From positions 507,797-571,796 of the forward strand of contig NC_090597.1 of the NCBI RefSeq assembly GCF_000497125.1: a stretch of 64,000 bases of DNA, given 5' to 3'. The notes under the pieces are model-generated. The model worked only from the letters and a program-made list of their open reading frames with translations, made no database searches and had not been told where the DNA came from. Below are positions 49,887 through 62,170 of this stretch, one piece after another (the stretch's first letter is position 1; every line of letters begins with the position of its first letter). The position numbers were made by a program, and so were the translations under genes. The DNA is from Spironucleus salmonicida. Taxonomy: Eukaryota.

Positions 49887-51527
49887 TATTTTTATGATTA
49901 TCTTAAAATAATACGAAAGGTAAGGGTAATTTTTGACAGCAATGGATGATAATAGACTAATTATTACTAGTTTCCTTGTCATTGTAATATTAAATTTGCA
50001 TTATTATTTCATACATAATTATACCCAACAATAAGAGTAGTAGATGAACGAATAATAAGGTATTTTTAAAACATTGGTACACTTAAAGTTATTCACGTGA
50101 CTAAATGCCTCTTAGAACTAGTTTTTATTTGATAAGGTACAATTTTTATAGTTTATTAAAGCTTCATTCTTATTTAACATATTATTACTCATACATATTA
50201 TAGTATAGAAAGTTCGGAACATTTCAATATAATTTATTAGATTGTAATTTCTATCATAGTAAAGTAATATTAATTATTTGAAAATATACTTATAATTAAA
50301 ATAGATAATAATTTTTCCGCTTTTTAATTTATAATAATTTATAATATATGAATAATTTATAAGTTTATTAAAAATCAATAATTGTGATTACTCACATATT
50401 TAACTATATATCAAAACTAAACAAATATCAAAAGAATAATCTTTGATCATGTATGAAAGATACATTATTATTACTGCTGCTACTGCTTTACAGGTAAACG
50501 TTTACCCTTACTATCAAAATGAATAGATATAATTTTTAGTATTACTAAATGAGAAATAGAACTAATCCATCTTCCAAAGCTATAATACTAAAGCAATTCA
50601 TGATGAAGGGTAATGAAAATAAGTTCAACAATACTTAATAATTAAAATTTAGTGATTATCCTGGAAGATGTTGCAATATTGACATAATTTTTTACTAAGC
50701 TATTGTTAGGTTAGAATATGATACTTAATGAAAAGTAAAATTTGTACATATATACCAAGTAACTCCATGATGGATTCTACACTAATTTTTGATAGAATCA
50801 ATTTATTAAATCATAATACAAAGATAGGATTCACTGTTAGTTGAACATAAGACAATAGATATGCCATAATGCTGTTAAAAATCTATTTTATATTAATACA
50901 TATTTTATCGTACTAATAAGTTCTAAATTATACAAGTGAAAGAACAGCCGCCAAGTAATATTTTCCACTTATCTTAGTATGATAATTTTTAATATAAATG
51001 ATATATTATTTTCAGTATATCATATGATAATCTTTATAATTTTTTAATTTGGGCCTGTACTTAATAAAATGTTTAGTAATAAGTTAAGTATAGTAAAATT
51101 GAGATTAAAGTTTAATGATAAAGTCTATTATTAGAAGTAATGAATATAATTTTGTTTTGTAGACAAAAGATCATAAGTAGTTTAAAAATATATGATAAAT
51201 TTACAGTGATATAGCAAAATTAAAGTATATCTATATTTTTAGTATCAAATAATTCAAATAATGATATTGGTATGTTCTAGGTATATGGAAATTAGAACTA
51301 TAATCTTTTTAATGAATTTATGGTTTAAAAGCAACTTCATAAATACTTTCTATGAATTTACACTTTAATGGAAAATTACGACTACAAATATATGATGTAA
51401 GTAATTTTTAAGCAGTGGCTTTATAGTCTATATAACTCCGTCGCAGCTACTTAATTTCTCCTATTTTTAGAAAAAGTTATAATATTATTATATGATTAAT
51501 CCCTCTTAACTATTTATTATTAAAATT

Positions 51528-51600
51528 TGGACTAACGGGGGATTGAACCCCGGGCCTCATCCATGCTAGGGATGCGCTCTACCAACTGAGCTACCAGCCC
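51528..51600 (-). tRNA. tRNA-Ala(AGC)
   Basis: GGGCTGGTAGCTCAGTTGGTAGAGCGCATCCCTAGCATGGATGAGGCCCGGGGTTCAATCCCCCGTTAGTCCA; cloverleaf, G3:U70. Confidence 0.96.
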
Positions 51601-51695
51601 TAATGTACATTATAATTTTATCATGTCACATATACTTCTATTTATATCTATTATTATACTGTATTTAATCATTTACTCCCAACTCCTCTATTTAA

Positions 51696-52385
51696 ATGAA
51701 CGCAGGTTTCGACCAAAACCTGACTGTCTTCTCCCCCGAAGGTAAGCTATACCAGATCGAATACGCTTAAAATGCTGTTTCTTCGTCCCCGCTTTCGTCG
51801 CTGGCACTCCGTTCCCCAGCTCAGCTCACATTCTTTGCCCAGTTGCCTACTTTTGATCTGCTCCAAAATGCAAGAAACACCACTTCTTTCTGGCCCGTAA
51901 CGAGGCAGATTTCAGTCCTCGCTTGCGGTAGGGCTTCTGACTCCAGGGCCCTCGTCCAGAGGGTCCGCTCAGAGTGCGCGGAGTTCAAGAAAAAATTTGG
52001 AACTGATCCAAGCGTTTAGGAAATATCGGAGCGCGTCGCCGATGTGACCCAGCTCTATTCGCAGGAGGCTTGGTTGAGGCCCTACGGATGCGTGCTGTTT
52101 TTCGGCTGTTCCGTGACTTTGAAAATATTTAGAGTTGACGCTAGTGGAGCATGTGTTTGCGTTAACTGTGGTGCAGCTGGGGTCAAGGGCGGTGAGTTTT
52201 TGGAATATTTTTGCTCGTAGCAGCAAGGAGATGATGGCGTTAAATTTGGGCTCGGAATGTACCAAAAATACGTTAATGCAGGGCTTATTGGTGATGATTT
52301 GGAGGTTTGGGTCGGAAAAGATGGCGAGTGGAAGAAAATCAGAGTTGAAGAAGTAGATGATATGTTAGAAAGCAATAAGGTGTGA
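51696..52385 (+). CDS. PSMA6: 20S proteasome alpha subunit (alpha-1/PSMA6-like), 229 aa (table 6)
   Basis: AGFDQNLTVFSPEGKLYQIEYA signature; GRASDSRALV; QLYSQEAWLRPYG. Missing from the standard-code track. Confidence 0.88.
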
Positions 52386-52943
52386 TCCAGAAAATTTCAT
52401 TTAAAGCGAAAAGACTAGTTAAAGGGTATTACACAGTAATAGTCAGAATACTTTAGTGCCTGACAAAATATTTTACTAATTTTAAAGAATATAAGCCACG
52501 TAAAATCAGCCAAAATGTAATTTATTTTGTAAAGTTATTTAATAATATGATATGGAGTTTATTATCGCGAAGAATTAGTAACGAGTAGTAATAGTTTTTA
52601 ATAATAAAATCTATAGACTTTATTTCAAGAACTTAGCTTATCGGATATAAATTTAATATTTAGTCATTCTAGTCTTAAAAAATAATTATTTATCTCTACC
52701 TATAATTCTAATTAAATCTCTTATGATGTATAATGTGAAGTTTATAATAATATTTTACTAATTAACTTGCTTTGAGTCAATCCAGGGCTAGCTAGCTTTT
52801 ACACAAAAATCCATAGATCAGAATCACTATAAGTAACTTGACAATACATACGCCTGCCTCACTGCTGCGCGGCTGTCCGTAGTTTATTTCCCATTTTGAT
52901 TAGTGCCCAAATCATATATATACACTGGTATCAGAAAAGGAAA

Positions 52944-54569
52944 ATGCCCTCGTCGCGGTCCTCAGTAGCCAATACCGGGTACTCCTTCCAGGCGGGCGTA
53001 GAGGCCTTGCACATCCCCTTGAAGAACCTCCTGCTCAGCTTCCAGCCGCAGCACCTGCTGTACCACATCCTCCTCCCGCTGTCGGAGCTGGTGCAGCTCT
53101 ACCTCACTCTGGCGGCGTTCGGGGTACAACGCACCACGGAGCTAGTCTCCCTACACCTACTCTTGAAGGCCGTCCTGCAGCAGACCAGCGAGGCGTTCTC
53201 CACGGCCAACTTCCGGTTCCTGGTCCAGTTCTTCGCCGAGGCGCGGATAGAAACGGCCAAGATCCACTACATCTACACCCTGCTCGCGAAGTTAGTCGTG
53301 CTGGTCATCCTGTCCATCGTGCTCCTCGTGGTGCGCCTCCCGTTCCTCTCGCCCGAGATTCTGGCCGTCCGGCCCCTGTTTGTCGTCACGTCTCTGTTCG
53401 GGGAGATGACGATCGCGGACGTGCTCCAGATCAGCATCTACATGGGGAAGAGCCTCCAGTTCTACGTCCTCCAGCTGGGCGTGCAGATCGCGAAGATTCT
53501 CCTCATCCTGCTGGCCTACCTCTTTAGCGTGGTGAGCGGGAGAAGGCTGGAGCTCTCCGCCTACATTTTCATCCAGGCGCTTCCGGGCGTGGCCGTGCAC
53601 GGGCTGCTCCTGATCGGCCTGTTTACCAAGAGCTCGGTGCTGCGCCTCCACCTCTCGCTGCTGCAGCCGTTCCGCATCAAACTGGTCCTCGTTATCCTGC
53701 TGAAAGTCGCAACTGATCTCTTCTCGAACTTCGACGTCTCCTTCTTCACCTTCGTGATGTACCTGTACCCAGCCCTCAAGGGCACCTTAGCAGCAGGGAA
53801 CTTCCAGCTGTCGGCCCTAAGCGGCATCGCACTCGCCAACCTGGTGCATGCGGTCTCCGGCTCCCTGGGCGAGATCGCCTTCCAGTACCTGATCAGCCAG
53901 CCCGACAAGGCCCGGGACTATTTCAGAATCGTAGCCCCGGCCAACACGGTGTTCATTCTCGTCATCGCCTTCGGCCTGTACCTGCTGGCCCCCGCGTTCG
54001 CGAACTTCATCTTCAGCTTCGCGGACGAGGCGCTGGTGGAGCTGAACTCGAACACCAAGTGGACCGCCAAGGCCGGCGTGGTGGTTTTCGCAGCAGGTCT
54101 GCACGGACCGTACCGCATTGCCATGGGAGCCATGCAGGGCATGAGAATGTACAACCTGCACATGGTCCTCAGTGTCATCACCTTCGTTGCCGACCTCGGG
54201 CTGGGCATTGCGCTCGCCTTCTCAGCTCCGGGGGCGAACCCCATGGAGGTCCTCACGCAGACTGGGCTGCTAAAGCTGGTTAACGGAGGCATTTTCGTGG
54301 CGATAGTGGTTCTCAGGGCCGCCAGGAGGGTAAGCACGCCGCCCACGGAACTATTGCAGACGACCGAGCTGGAGCAGCAGGAGCCCGCGACCGAGATCGA
54401 AGTGGAACTGGAGTTCAAGAACGCCCCGTCCACGGGACGCCAGATCCAGCCGAGCCCCAGCGACCTGCGTTCGGAGCTGTTCGTGTCCAACGTGTTCAAC
54501 CACATGGGCGCGAAGAAGGAGGACAGCTCCCTTGCGGGTTCCTTCAAGGACGGCACGACGGCAGAGTGA
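52944..54569 (+). CDS. Multi-pass membrane protein, MATE/MOP-flippase-like, copy 1, 541 aa
   Basis: About 12 hydrophobic segments in two halves, LKNLLLSFQP..LL TM1 pattern, acidic tail; first ATG at 52944; ends GAG-TGA. Family tentative. Confidence 0.68.
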   Translation: MPSSRSSVANTGYSFQAGVEALHIPLKNLLLSFQPQHLLYHILLPLSELVQLYLTLAAFGVQRTTELVSLHLLLKAVLQQTSEAFSTANFRFLVQFFAEARIETAKIHYIYTLLAKLVVLVILSIVLLVVRLPFLSPEILAVRPLFVVTSLFGEMTIADVLQISIYMGKSLQFYVLQLGVQIAKILLILLAYLFSVVSGRRLELSAYIFIQALPGVAVHGLLLIGLFTKSSVLRLHLSLLQPFRIKLVLVILLKVATDLFSNFDVSFFTFVMYLYPALKGTLAAGNFQLSALSGIALANLVHAVSGSLGEIAFQYLISQPDKARDYFRIVAPANTVFILVIAFGLYLLAPAFANFIFSFADEALVELNSNTKWTAKAGVVVFAAGLHGPYRIAMGAMQGMRMYNLHMVLSVITFVADLGLGIALAFSAPGANPMEVLTQTGLLKLVNGGIFVAIVVLRAARRVSTPPTELLQTTELEQQEPATEIEVELEFKNAPSTGRQIQPSPSDLRSELFVSNVFNHMGAKKEDSSLAGSFKDGTTAE

Positions 54570-55093
54570 GTGTGAGTTGGCTTCGTGCGCGGGAGGGTGT
54601 ATGCCCTAGCTGGCGGTACCGCTCCCGGACAGCAGAGGAATCGGATGCTGAGATGCGCGCACGTGGCGTGACGCTGCATGCTGGCCGGCGGTTAAAAGGC
54701 GGCAGCATCGGTGTAGGGGTGCCGCATCTCGCTCCAGCAACTGCCGGGGCACACGAATAAAGAGCGCGGACAAGATACTGCTGCGGAAGCTGCGAGCACC
54801 CCGGGGTAGGGCTATAACCCGCGGGAGTCGTATTCTGGTGTTAGTTCAATAATATATATGAGAAATCAATCAAATATTTTATACTCAATGAAGCTTTAAT
54901 TACTTTTACCTTGTTTTTAAAATATAATTTTATTAAATAAATTCTTTTGACATTTTCTCTATTATATAAATATAATATATTTATATTAGTAATTGTAGCT
55001 ATTTCTAGCAAAGATTATTAATAATATTCTATATAATATTTCTAATATTTTAATTTTTAAAATTCTATTTTAAAAACCACTCCCTTGCTCAAG

Positions 55094-55432
55094 ATGAAGA
55101 ACTTAGCTGCTTATTTACTCTGCACTCTCGCTGGCAAGGACGCTCCTACTGCTGCTGATGTATCTGCAATCCTCAAGTCTGTTGAGATTGAAGCCGTTGA
55201 AGCTGATATCAAGAACGTTATCGCCTCCATCGCTGCTAAGGAATGCCCTCTCAGTGAGATTATGGAAGCCGGTAAGAAGCGCATGGCCGCTTTACCTTCT
55301 GGTGCTGCTGCTCCCGCCGCTGCCGCCGGTGCCGCTTCTTCTGCTGAGGAGAAAAAGGAAAAGACTGAAGAAGAAGAAATGGTTGGTGGTTTCTGCATGG
55401 ATGACTCCAGTTCTGAAGATGAATCTGACTGA
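55094..55432 (+). CDS. RPLP2: 60S acidic ribosomal protein P2, 112 aa
   Basis: MKNLAAYLLCTLAG..PTAADVSAILKSV, Ala-rich hinge, EEKKEKTEEEE acidic tail. Confidence 0.93.
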   Translation: MKNLAAYLLCTLAGKDAPTAADVSAILKSVEIEAVEADIKNVIASIAAKECPLSEIMEAGKKRMAALPSGAAAPAAAAGAASSAEEKKEKTEEEEMVGGFCMDDSSSEDESD

Positions 55433-56445
55433 TTAATAAGTATATAAACATTCTAGACGTATTTCTACCTATCTTATGTTGCACTTTACTTTTTACTAGT
55501 TTTAATTTAATTTCATTCAATAGAACACATAATTTTTTCTATCTTAAATACATAATTAATTTATTTTTATAAATTTAGTGGTTTTTTAACTGACCAAAAC
55601 ATAAAATAGTTTAACGAGAAAATAAAGTGTTTTTTTAGTATACTGCATGGATTGTTCACTAGTATTCTTTGTGAATATAAAATATTAATAATATTATCCT
55701 ATATTTAATCACTTGTATATATTTTCAGTATATGTAATCAAATAATCATATCTAATAGTAATTCATAAGTATCCATTCAATTGATTAGTAAAAGAATACA
55801 TATTAATTGATTATTTTCTTATGTCGATAATAGTAATACTTATTTATACTAAATATTAAAATTTTATACTTGAATAATAGTGCTGTAAATATGTTAGTTA
55901 TTGGTAGAATTATAAGTTTTTAATATTATTATATTTAAAAAAACTGTAATACTAAAAGGTTTTAACATAGTATTTAGGGTTATTTAAATAAAAATATATA
56001 ATGATAAATAATATCAATATCAAAATAAGTTTGCTTTAAAAGTATAGTTTTTGTTTTAATTTAATAACACCTCATATTGCATTGATAACACTAGCCTTTA
56101 AAAATAATTGAATATAAATTTTTAGCTAAATATGCATTTATACTAATGGAAAGATTTAATAATATATGTTTATTAAAATACTTCTATTTATTGTATTTTA
56201 AGTTCAATGTAATATCTAGATAAATTAATAATAAATATACTTACATATATAAGTATACAGTTTCAAATTTCCAGTATTATTTATAGAATTTGCCTTACTA
56301 AAATCAAACTACAAACGAACAGTCTTTTTTACACATTTTAAGATTATATTAAATTTATTCAATTATTATGAATTAAAAACGGCTTAAAATTAACCGAAAT
56401 AGATATGTTAATGCTCACAAAAATATAAATAGCAATCTCCTTAAA

Positions 56446-56727
56446 ATGCGGAACCACAAATGGGAGGCCAGCGAGAAGGCGACGCTCATGTACGCGGTGC
56501 AGGCCCACGGGCTGCAGTGGCGGGACATCCAGGGCACGTACTTCCCGGCGCTGTCGCAGGCGCAGGTGAAGTTCAAGTACTACTACCTGAAGCGGCAGCA
56601 GGACAACAAGCCCAACCGCTGCGACGACATGCGCGGCTTCGTGGTGGACGGTGCCGCAGAGAAGCGGCAGCCCTGCAGGAAGGGGGCGCTGCTGAGCGAG
56701 CTGCTCCGGATCATGGGCGCCGAGTGA
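56446..56727 (+). CDS. Single-repeat Myb-like protein, 93 aa
   Basis: HKWEASEKATLMYAVQAHGLQWRDIQGTYFPALSQAQVKFKYY; ends GAG-TGA. Confidence 0.88.
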   Translation: MRNHKWEASEKATLMYAVQAHGLQWRDIQGTYFPALSQAQVKFKYYYLKRQQDNKPNRCDDMRGFVVDGAAEKRQPCRKGALLSELLRIMGAE

Positions 56728-58152
56728 GAGGAGTTGGGTTGGCACGAGCGGCGAAGGGCTGCACTCGCCGTAGATTCCTCGGAGTGCCTCCCGAGGAGCC
56801 GGCTGGCCACAGCACCTCTGGCGCCAGCCTGCGCAGAGGGGCACCCGGCTCTGCAGGAGGCTCCACCGCCGTGGGCTCTGCGCCTTTCCGGCAGCGAGCG
56901 CCCGAGTATGGCCGCTGGCCAGGGGCGTATATCTCGGAAAGGGGAAGTTGCAGAGGCAAGCTCTCCCGCCCCGGCTAGGTTCTGCGCGGAACGGCGCCGC
57001 AGCCGGCCCGCTAGCACCGGACTGCAGCGGTGCAGTCCGCTGCACCACCTTGCTCTGGTAGACCAGGGGCATTTTCGTGCGAAGATAAGGGGAGTATAGC
57101 ATTATATTATTCGCATAATCGCAATTGCCTGAAGATGGAGTCGGGTTTTCTAAGAGTGATGGGCTGGTGCCGCCCTGCACTGCCCTGGTAGCGATGCCCA
57201 TGGCGCCACAGGTACCTATCCTCTAGCCGTCTCTGGGCTGTGCGCACCGCTGCTTCTCGTCCGGCCGGCCTGCCTGCCTGACTTTGCGGCGGCGTGGAGT
57301 ATGCTGATACTTGCAAGTCGTCACTGACGGCAGTCCCCCGCCCCGCTTGAGGCTGGTGGAAATTTACCCTCCACTCGGTTGGCCATCCTCCCTGGCCCCC
57401 ACTCGGCCGAGATCCGTCTCCACGCCACGGCTGGAGATCCTGTGCCATATGGCCGCTGCCGGAAGGGTTGTGCTTCATCCGCGGCGAGTGTCCGACCTCC
57501 GCTATAAACTTGGAAACATGAGTGGCGCGTACCGGACTCTACCGACGCAGCCTCTGCCGGGACGTGAGTACGGCGTTGGTGGCCGGAGCAGCGGAAGCGG
57601 GGTATGACATGCTTCAGTGCCGCCCGCCCGCCGGCAGGAGTTCTTACATAGCGCCCTTCCCCGCAAGCGGCCTGGCTGGGTAGCTCCACACACCGCAGCG
57701 AACCGTGCATCTTGGGGCGAGCCAAGCCCTTGCTGGTAAAATGCGGTAGCCACCACCCACAATGGCGTGCATCGGGCCGCCGCGCATGCTCTGATATCGA
57801 AATTCCTATCCACATGCAGTCTGGCAGCGCGAGGTATCTACGCCATGGACGACAGCGAGGGCTGCTCGCGCGGCTGGGGCTTCTGGGGCAGGCCCGCTCC
57901 TGTGGGTTAGTATTTGTGTTCGCAGCTGCACTATCCGGGCAATTTGGCGCTGCGGCAACGCCCCCCGGAAGCCGGCATGCGGGATCCGGCGGGCGTGGTA
58001 TACGGGCGCCCAGTACCGCGGCCCTTCGCGAGAAGTGGCGAGTGGCGCGCACCCGCTCCACAGATGCCTCTCCCCTGAATCCCTGCCCTGCTACGGCTGC
58101 CTGCCCATGGGTCTTGGCCTGGATGGCGCTAGCGGTCTTGCCCACAAAATAT

Positions 58153-59373
58153 TCACTCGGCCCAGTCCGCCGGGTGCTGCGCCTTGAGCAGGAGCTCCAT
58201 TCCGATCCCCACTGCGGTCGCGATGCAGATGCCGAAGTTGGTCACCATGCCGGAGAAGCTGAGTGCGAAGCTCCGCTCCCCCTTGAGGGGGTTGCGCTTC
58301 TGCATCCACCAAATCGTGTTTGAGTAGCAGAAGCCAGAGCAAATCCCGATGAAAGGGACGAAAATGAGCATCACCCATATGGAGTAGATAAAGCGGTATA
58401 CCGATTGGAGCGCGAACAGCACAAACAGCCCCCACCCCGAGAGCGAGAACAGCGGGAGGGTCCAGTAGGGCACCGAGAAGAGCGTGGTAGTGGAGCGGGC
58501 GATCAGCACGCCCCCTTGCAGGAAGAACGCGGCGAACTTGTAGTAGATCTTCTCGTCCCCGTGGAAGATCATTGTGGGGTTGATTCCGGCCGTTATCGAG
58601 TACTGGCAAATGAAAATGAGCAGCAGCGAGAGATATGCCATCCAGTTTCGGGCCACCGTTTGAAGCTTCGATTTTACGGAATGGTCTTCTAGAGCCTCTA
58701 CCTCAGCAGTGTTATCATCCAGCGCGACCGCAGAGGATATTGATGTATTGTTAGTAACAGCGCCTGATTCAACCTCCTCATTGTCCAGCTGCGCCTTTAT
58801 GCAGGGTTTGAGAGTAGTCATCCAAAGTGCAAGGTTTAGAACCAATGGTAGGAAAGCAAACGAGTACAGAATTATCTCGAACCTGATATGCAGCACGGAA
58901 GTGAGCAACGCATAAAATCCCGATCCCAAAAGACCAACTAGGCCAGTTCCCACACAGTACATGGCCGAGCAGTCAGGTAGGAAGCTACCTGAGTATGCTA
59001 GGAAAGGTCCTTCGCCAGATGACTAAATTGAGAAGAATATGACTCCCACTAGGCCCGCCCACGTTCCAAATGTAGTTGATAACCCTGCTAGAATATATCC
59101 TATGCTACCGATAATAGACAGTATGGGGGCAATATACTTAATATTTAAATACTAATGTATCATAGGATAGATGCACGAAATGAAGAATGCAGGGAATATA
59201 TCGCAAAATAATAAGATTCCCTTAGGAAACGATTTTCCTACTAGGTCTAATGCAGCTGAAATACCAACCACATAACCAAAATTATTCATTGTTCCGATTA
59301 TTATGAAAGCAATTCGCGTTAGAATATGTTCATGGACTACTTTAGGTTTAGCTTCAGTTTTATCCTTATCCAT
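58153..59373 (-). CDS. CLN3: CLN3/battenin family membrane protein, copy 1, 406 aa (table 6)
   Basis: GTMNNFGYVVGISAALDL, LLFCDIFP, SSGEGPFL, GTGLVGLLGS, YSITAG, QGGVLIARS, GFCYSNT motifs; track ORFs 59152 and 58153 share a frame. Confidence 0.9.
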
Positions 59374-60544
59374 TTGATGGAGTGGGAGAAGTAAAATAGT
59401 ACATTATATGATGGCTTAGATGTTTAGTTGATTTTTAAATCTATACTTAGTTGTATTATTTTTTTTAATTCCTTATATATTAATGTTTGAATGTGAAATT
59501 AATATAAATTAATACAATGAGATAGAAATATTTATAGTAATCGCTAGGATATATGCTAAAAGCTATAATTTATAGACTGTAAAAATCATATTGTATCTTT
59601 TCAGTATTTCAAACTTTATACTGGCAGAATCAGTGACAGCAGAAAATCAATTTAAAGATAGTAGCGTACCGCCAATTGGGTATTACTATATCTTGAAATG
59701 ATCATTTACCAGAAATGCGGGTATATTTTCAAAATCATTAATTATATTACCCTATATATATTTTTGAGACATAATATAATATATAATATAGGATTATTTA
59801 TTAAAAGAAACTAATTTCAATAACATAAGATGAATGAACGTACCTACTACTCTACATTTGTAGGCATAGACTATATTGAGTTCAGGTATTTGAATAATCC
59901 ACTAAATTCACCATATAACGCGTTCATAGAACGACTGGCTCCCAGCTCTAACACCAACCTTTTTGGATTTTCATGATTACATTTTATTAAATTTCACAAC
60001 ATCAATTAGGTGTATAAAAATTTTTACACCTCAAGTCGTCGATATCTTATATATAAATTATACAGAATCACTTTTTTCGAAAATATTAAGCAAAGTGTAG
60101 TAGTTGTTATTAAAATGGATTTTTAGTATAAATTATGGCTAATAAATCACAATCTAACATTATTTATATTATATTATATAAAAATAGTATCGATATTTTA
60201 TTTTCAGATGCTTAAAAACTTTATTCGTGAAAAGTATGCAATCATAATTCTTTTCTCTTTATTAACATAATGACTCCAGAAAACGACTCCCTCGGGTTAT
60301 AGCCCTACCCCGGGGTGCTCGCACCTGCCGCAGCAGTATCTTGTCCGCGCTCTTTATTCGTGTGCCCCGGTAGTTGCTGGAGCGAGATGCGGCACCCCTA
60401 CACCGATGCTGCCGCCTTTTAACCGCCGGCCAGCATGCAGCGTCACGCCACGTGCGCGCATCTCAGCATCCGATTCCTCTGCTGTCCGGGAGCGGTACCG
60501 CCAGCTAGGGCATACACCCTCCCGCGCACGAAGCCAACTCACAC

Positions 60545-62170
60545 TCACTCTGCCGTCGTGCCGTCCTTGAAGGAACCCGCAAGGGAGCTGTCCTCCTTCT
60601 TCGCGCCCATGTGGTTGAACACGTTGGACACGAACAGCTCCGAACGCAGGTCGCTGGGGCTCGGCTGGATCTGGCGTCCCGTGGACGGGGCGTTCTTGAA
60701 CTCCAGTTCCACTTCGATCTCGGTCGCGGGCTCCTGCTGCTCCAGCTCGGTCGTCTGCAATAGTTCCGTGGGCGGCGTGCTTACCCTCCTGGCGGCCCTG
60801 AGAACCACTATCGCCACGAAAATGCCTCCGTTAACCAGCTTTAGCAGCCCAGTCTGCGTGAGGACCTCCATGGGGTTCGCCCCCGGAGCTGAGAAGGCGA
60901 GCGCAATGCCCAGCCCGAGGTCGGCAACGAAGGTGATGACACTGAGGACCATGTGCAGGTTGTACATTCTCATGCCCTGCATGGCTCCCATGGCAATGCG
61001 GTACGGTCCGTGCAGACCTGCTGCGAAAACCACCACGCTGGCCTTCGCAGTCCACTTGGTGTTCGAGTTCAGCTCCACCAGCGCCTCGTCCGCGAAGCTG
61101 AAGATGAAGTTCGCGAACGCGGGGGCCAGCAGGTACAGGCCGAAGGCGATGACGAGAATGAACACCGTGTTGGCCGGGGCTACGATTCTGAAATAGTCCC
61201 GGGCCTTGTCGGGCTGGCTGATCAGGTACTGGAAGGCGATCTCGCCCAGGGAGCCGGAGACCGCATGCACCAGGTTGGCGAGTGCGATGCCGCTTAGGGC
61301 CGACAGCTGGAAGTTCCCTGCGGCTAAGGTGCCCTTGAGGGCTGGGTACAGGTACATCACGAAGGTGAAGAAGGAGACGTCGAAGTTCGAGAAGAGATCA
61401 GTTGCGACGTTCAGCAGGATAACGAGGACCAGTTTGATGCGGAACGGCTGCAGCAGCGAGAGGTGGAGGCGCAGCACCGAGCTCTTGGTAAACAGGCCGA
61501 TCAGGAGCAGCCCGTGCACGGCCACGCCCGGAAGCGCCTGGATGAAAATGTAGGCGGAGAGCTCCAGCCTTCTCCCGCTCACCACGCTAAAGAGGTAGGC
61601 CAGCAGGATGAGGAGAATCTTCGCGATCTGCACGCCCAGCTGGAGGACGTAGAACTGGAGGCTCTTCCCCATGTAGATGCTGATCTGGAGCACGTCCGCG
61701 ATCGTCATCTCCCCGAACAGAGACGTGACGACAAACAGGGGCCGGACGGCCAGAATCTCGGGCGAGAGGAACGGGAGGCGCACCACGAGGAGCACGATGG
61801 ACAGGATGACCAGCACGACTAACTTCGCGAGCAGGGTGTAGATGTAGTGGATCTTGGCCGTTTCTATCCGCGCCTCGGCGAAGAACTGGACCAGGAACCG
61901 GAAGTTGGCCGTGGAGAACGCCTCGCTGGTCTGCTGCAGGACGGCCTTCAAGAGCAGGTGTAGGGCGACTAGCTCCGTGGTGCGTTGTACCCCGAACGCC
62001 GCCAGAGTGAGGTAGAGCTGCACCAGCTCCGACAGCGGGAGGAGGATGTGGTACAGCAGGTGCTGCGGCTGGAAGCTGAGCAGGAGGTTCTTCAAGGGGA
62101 TGTGCAAGGCCTCTACGCCCGCCTGGAAGGAGTACCCGGTATTGGCTACTGAGGACCGCGACGAGGGCAT
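60545..62170 (-). CDS. MATE/MOP-flippase-like membrane protein, copy 2, 541 aa
   Basis: Near-identical to 52944-54569; the in-frame upstream ATG at 62269 lies outside the shared repeat. Confidence 0.68.
   Translation of the reverse strand: MPSSRSSVANTGYSFQAGVEALHIPLKNLLLSFQPQHLLYHILLPLSELVQLYLTLAAFGVQRTTELVALHLLLKAVLQQTSEAFSTANFRFLVQFFAEARIETAKIHYIYTLLAKLVVLVILSIVLLVVRLPFLSPEILAVRPLFVVTSLFGEMTIADVLQISIYMGKSLQFYVLQLGVQIAKILLILLAYLFSVVSGRRLELSAYIFIQALPGVAVHGLLLIGLFTKSSVLRLHLSLLQPFRIKLVLVILLNVATDLFSNFDVSFFTFVMYLYPALKGTLAAGNFQLSALSGIALANLVHAVSGSLGEIAFQYLISQPDKARDYFRIVAPANTVFILVIAFGLYLLAPAFANFIFSFADEALVELNSNTKWTAKASVVVFAAGLHGPYRIAMGAMQGMRMYNLHMVLSVITFVADLGLGIALAFSAPGANPMEVLTQTGLLKLVNGGIFVAIVVLRAARRVSTPPTELLQTTELEQQEPATEIEVELEFKNAPSTGRQIQPSPSDLRSELFVSNVFNHMGAKKEDSSLAGSFKDGTTAE

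Noticed and set aside
50449-50940. Possible ORF starting MYERYIIITAATALQVNVYPY
   Set aside because: TGA after about 55 codons, no recognisable domain; cannot be supported.
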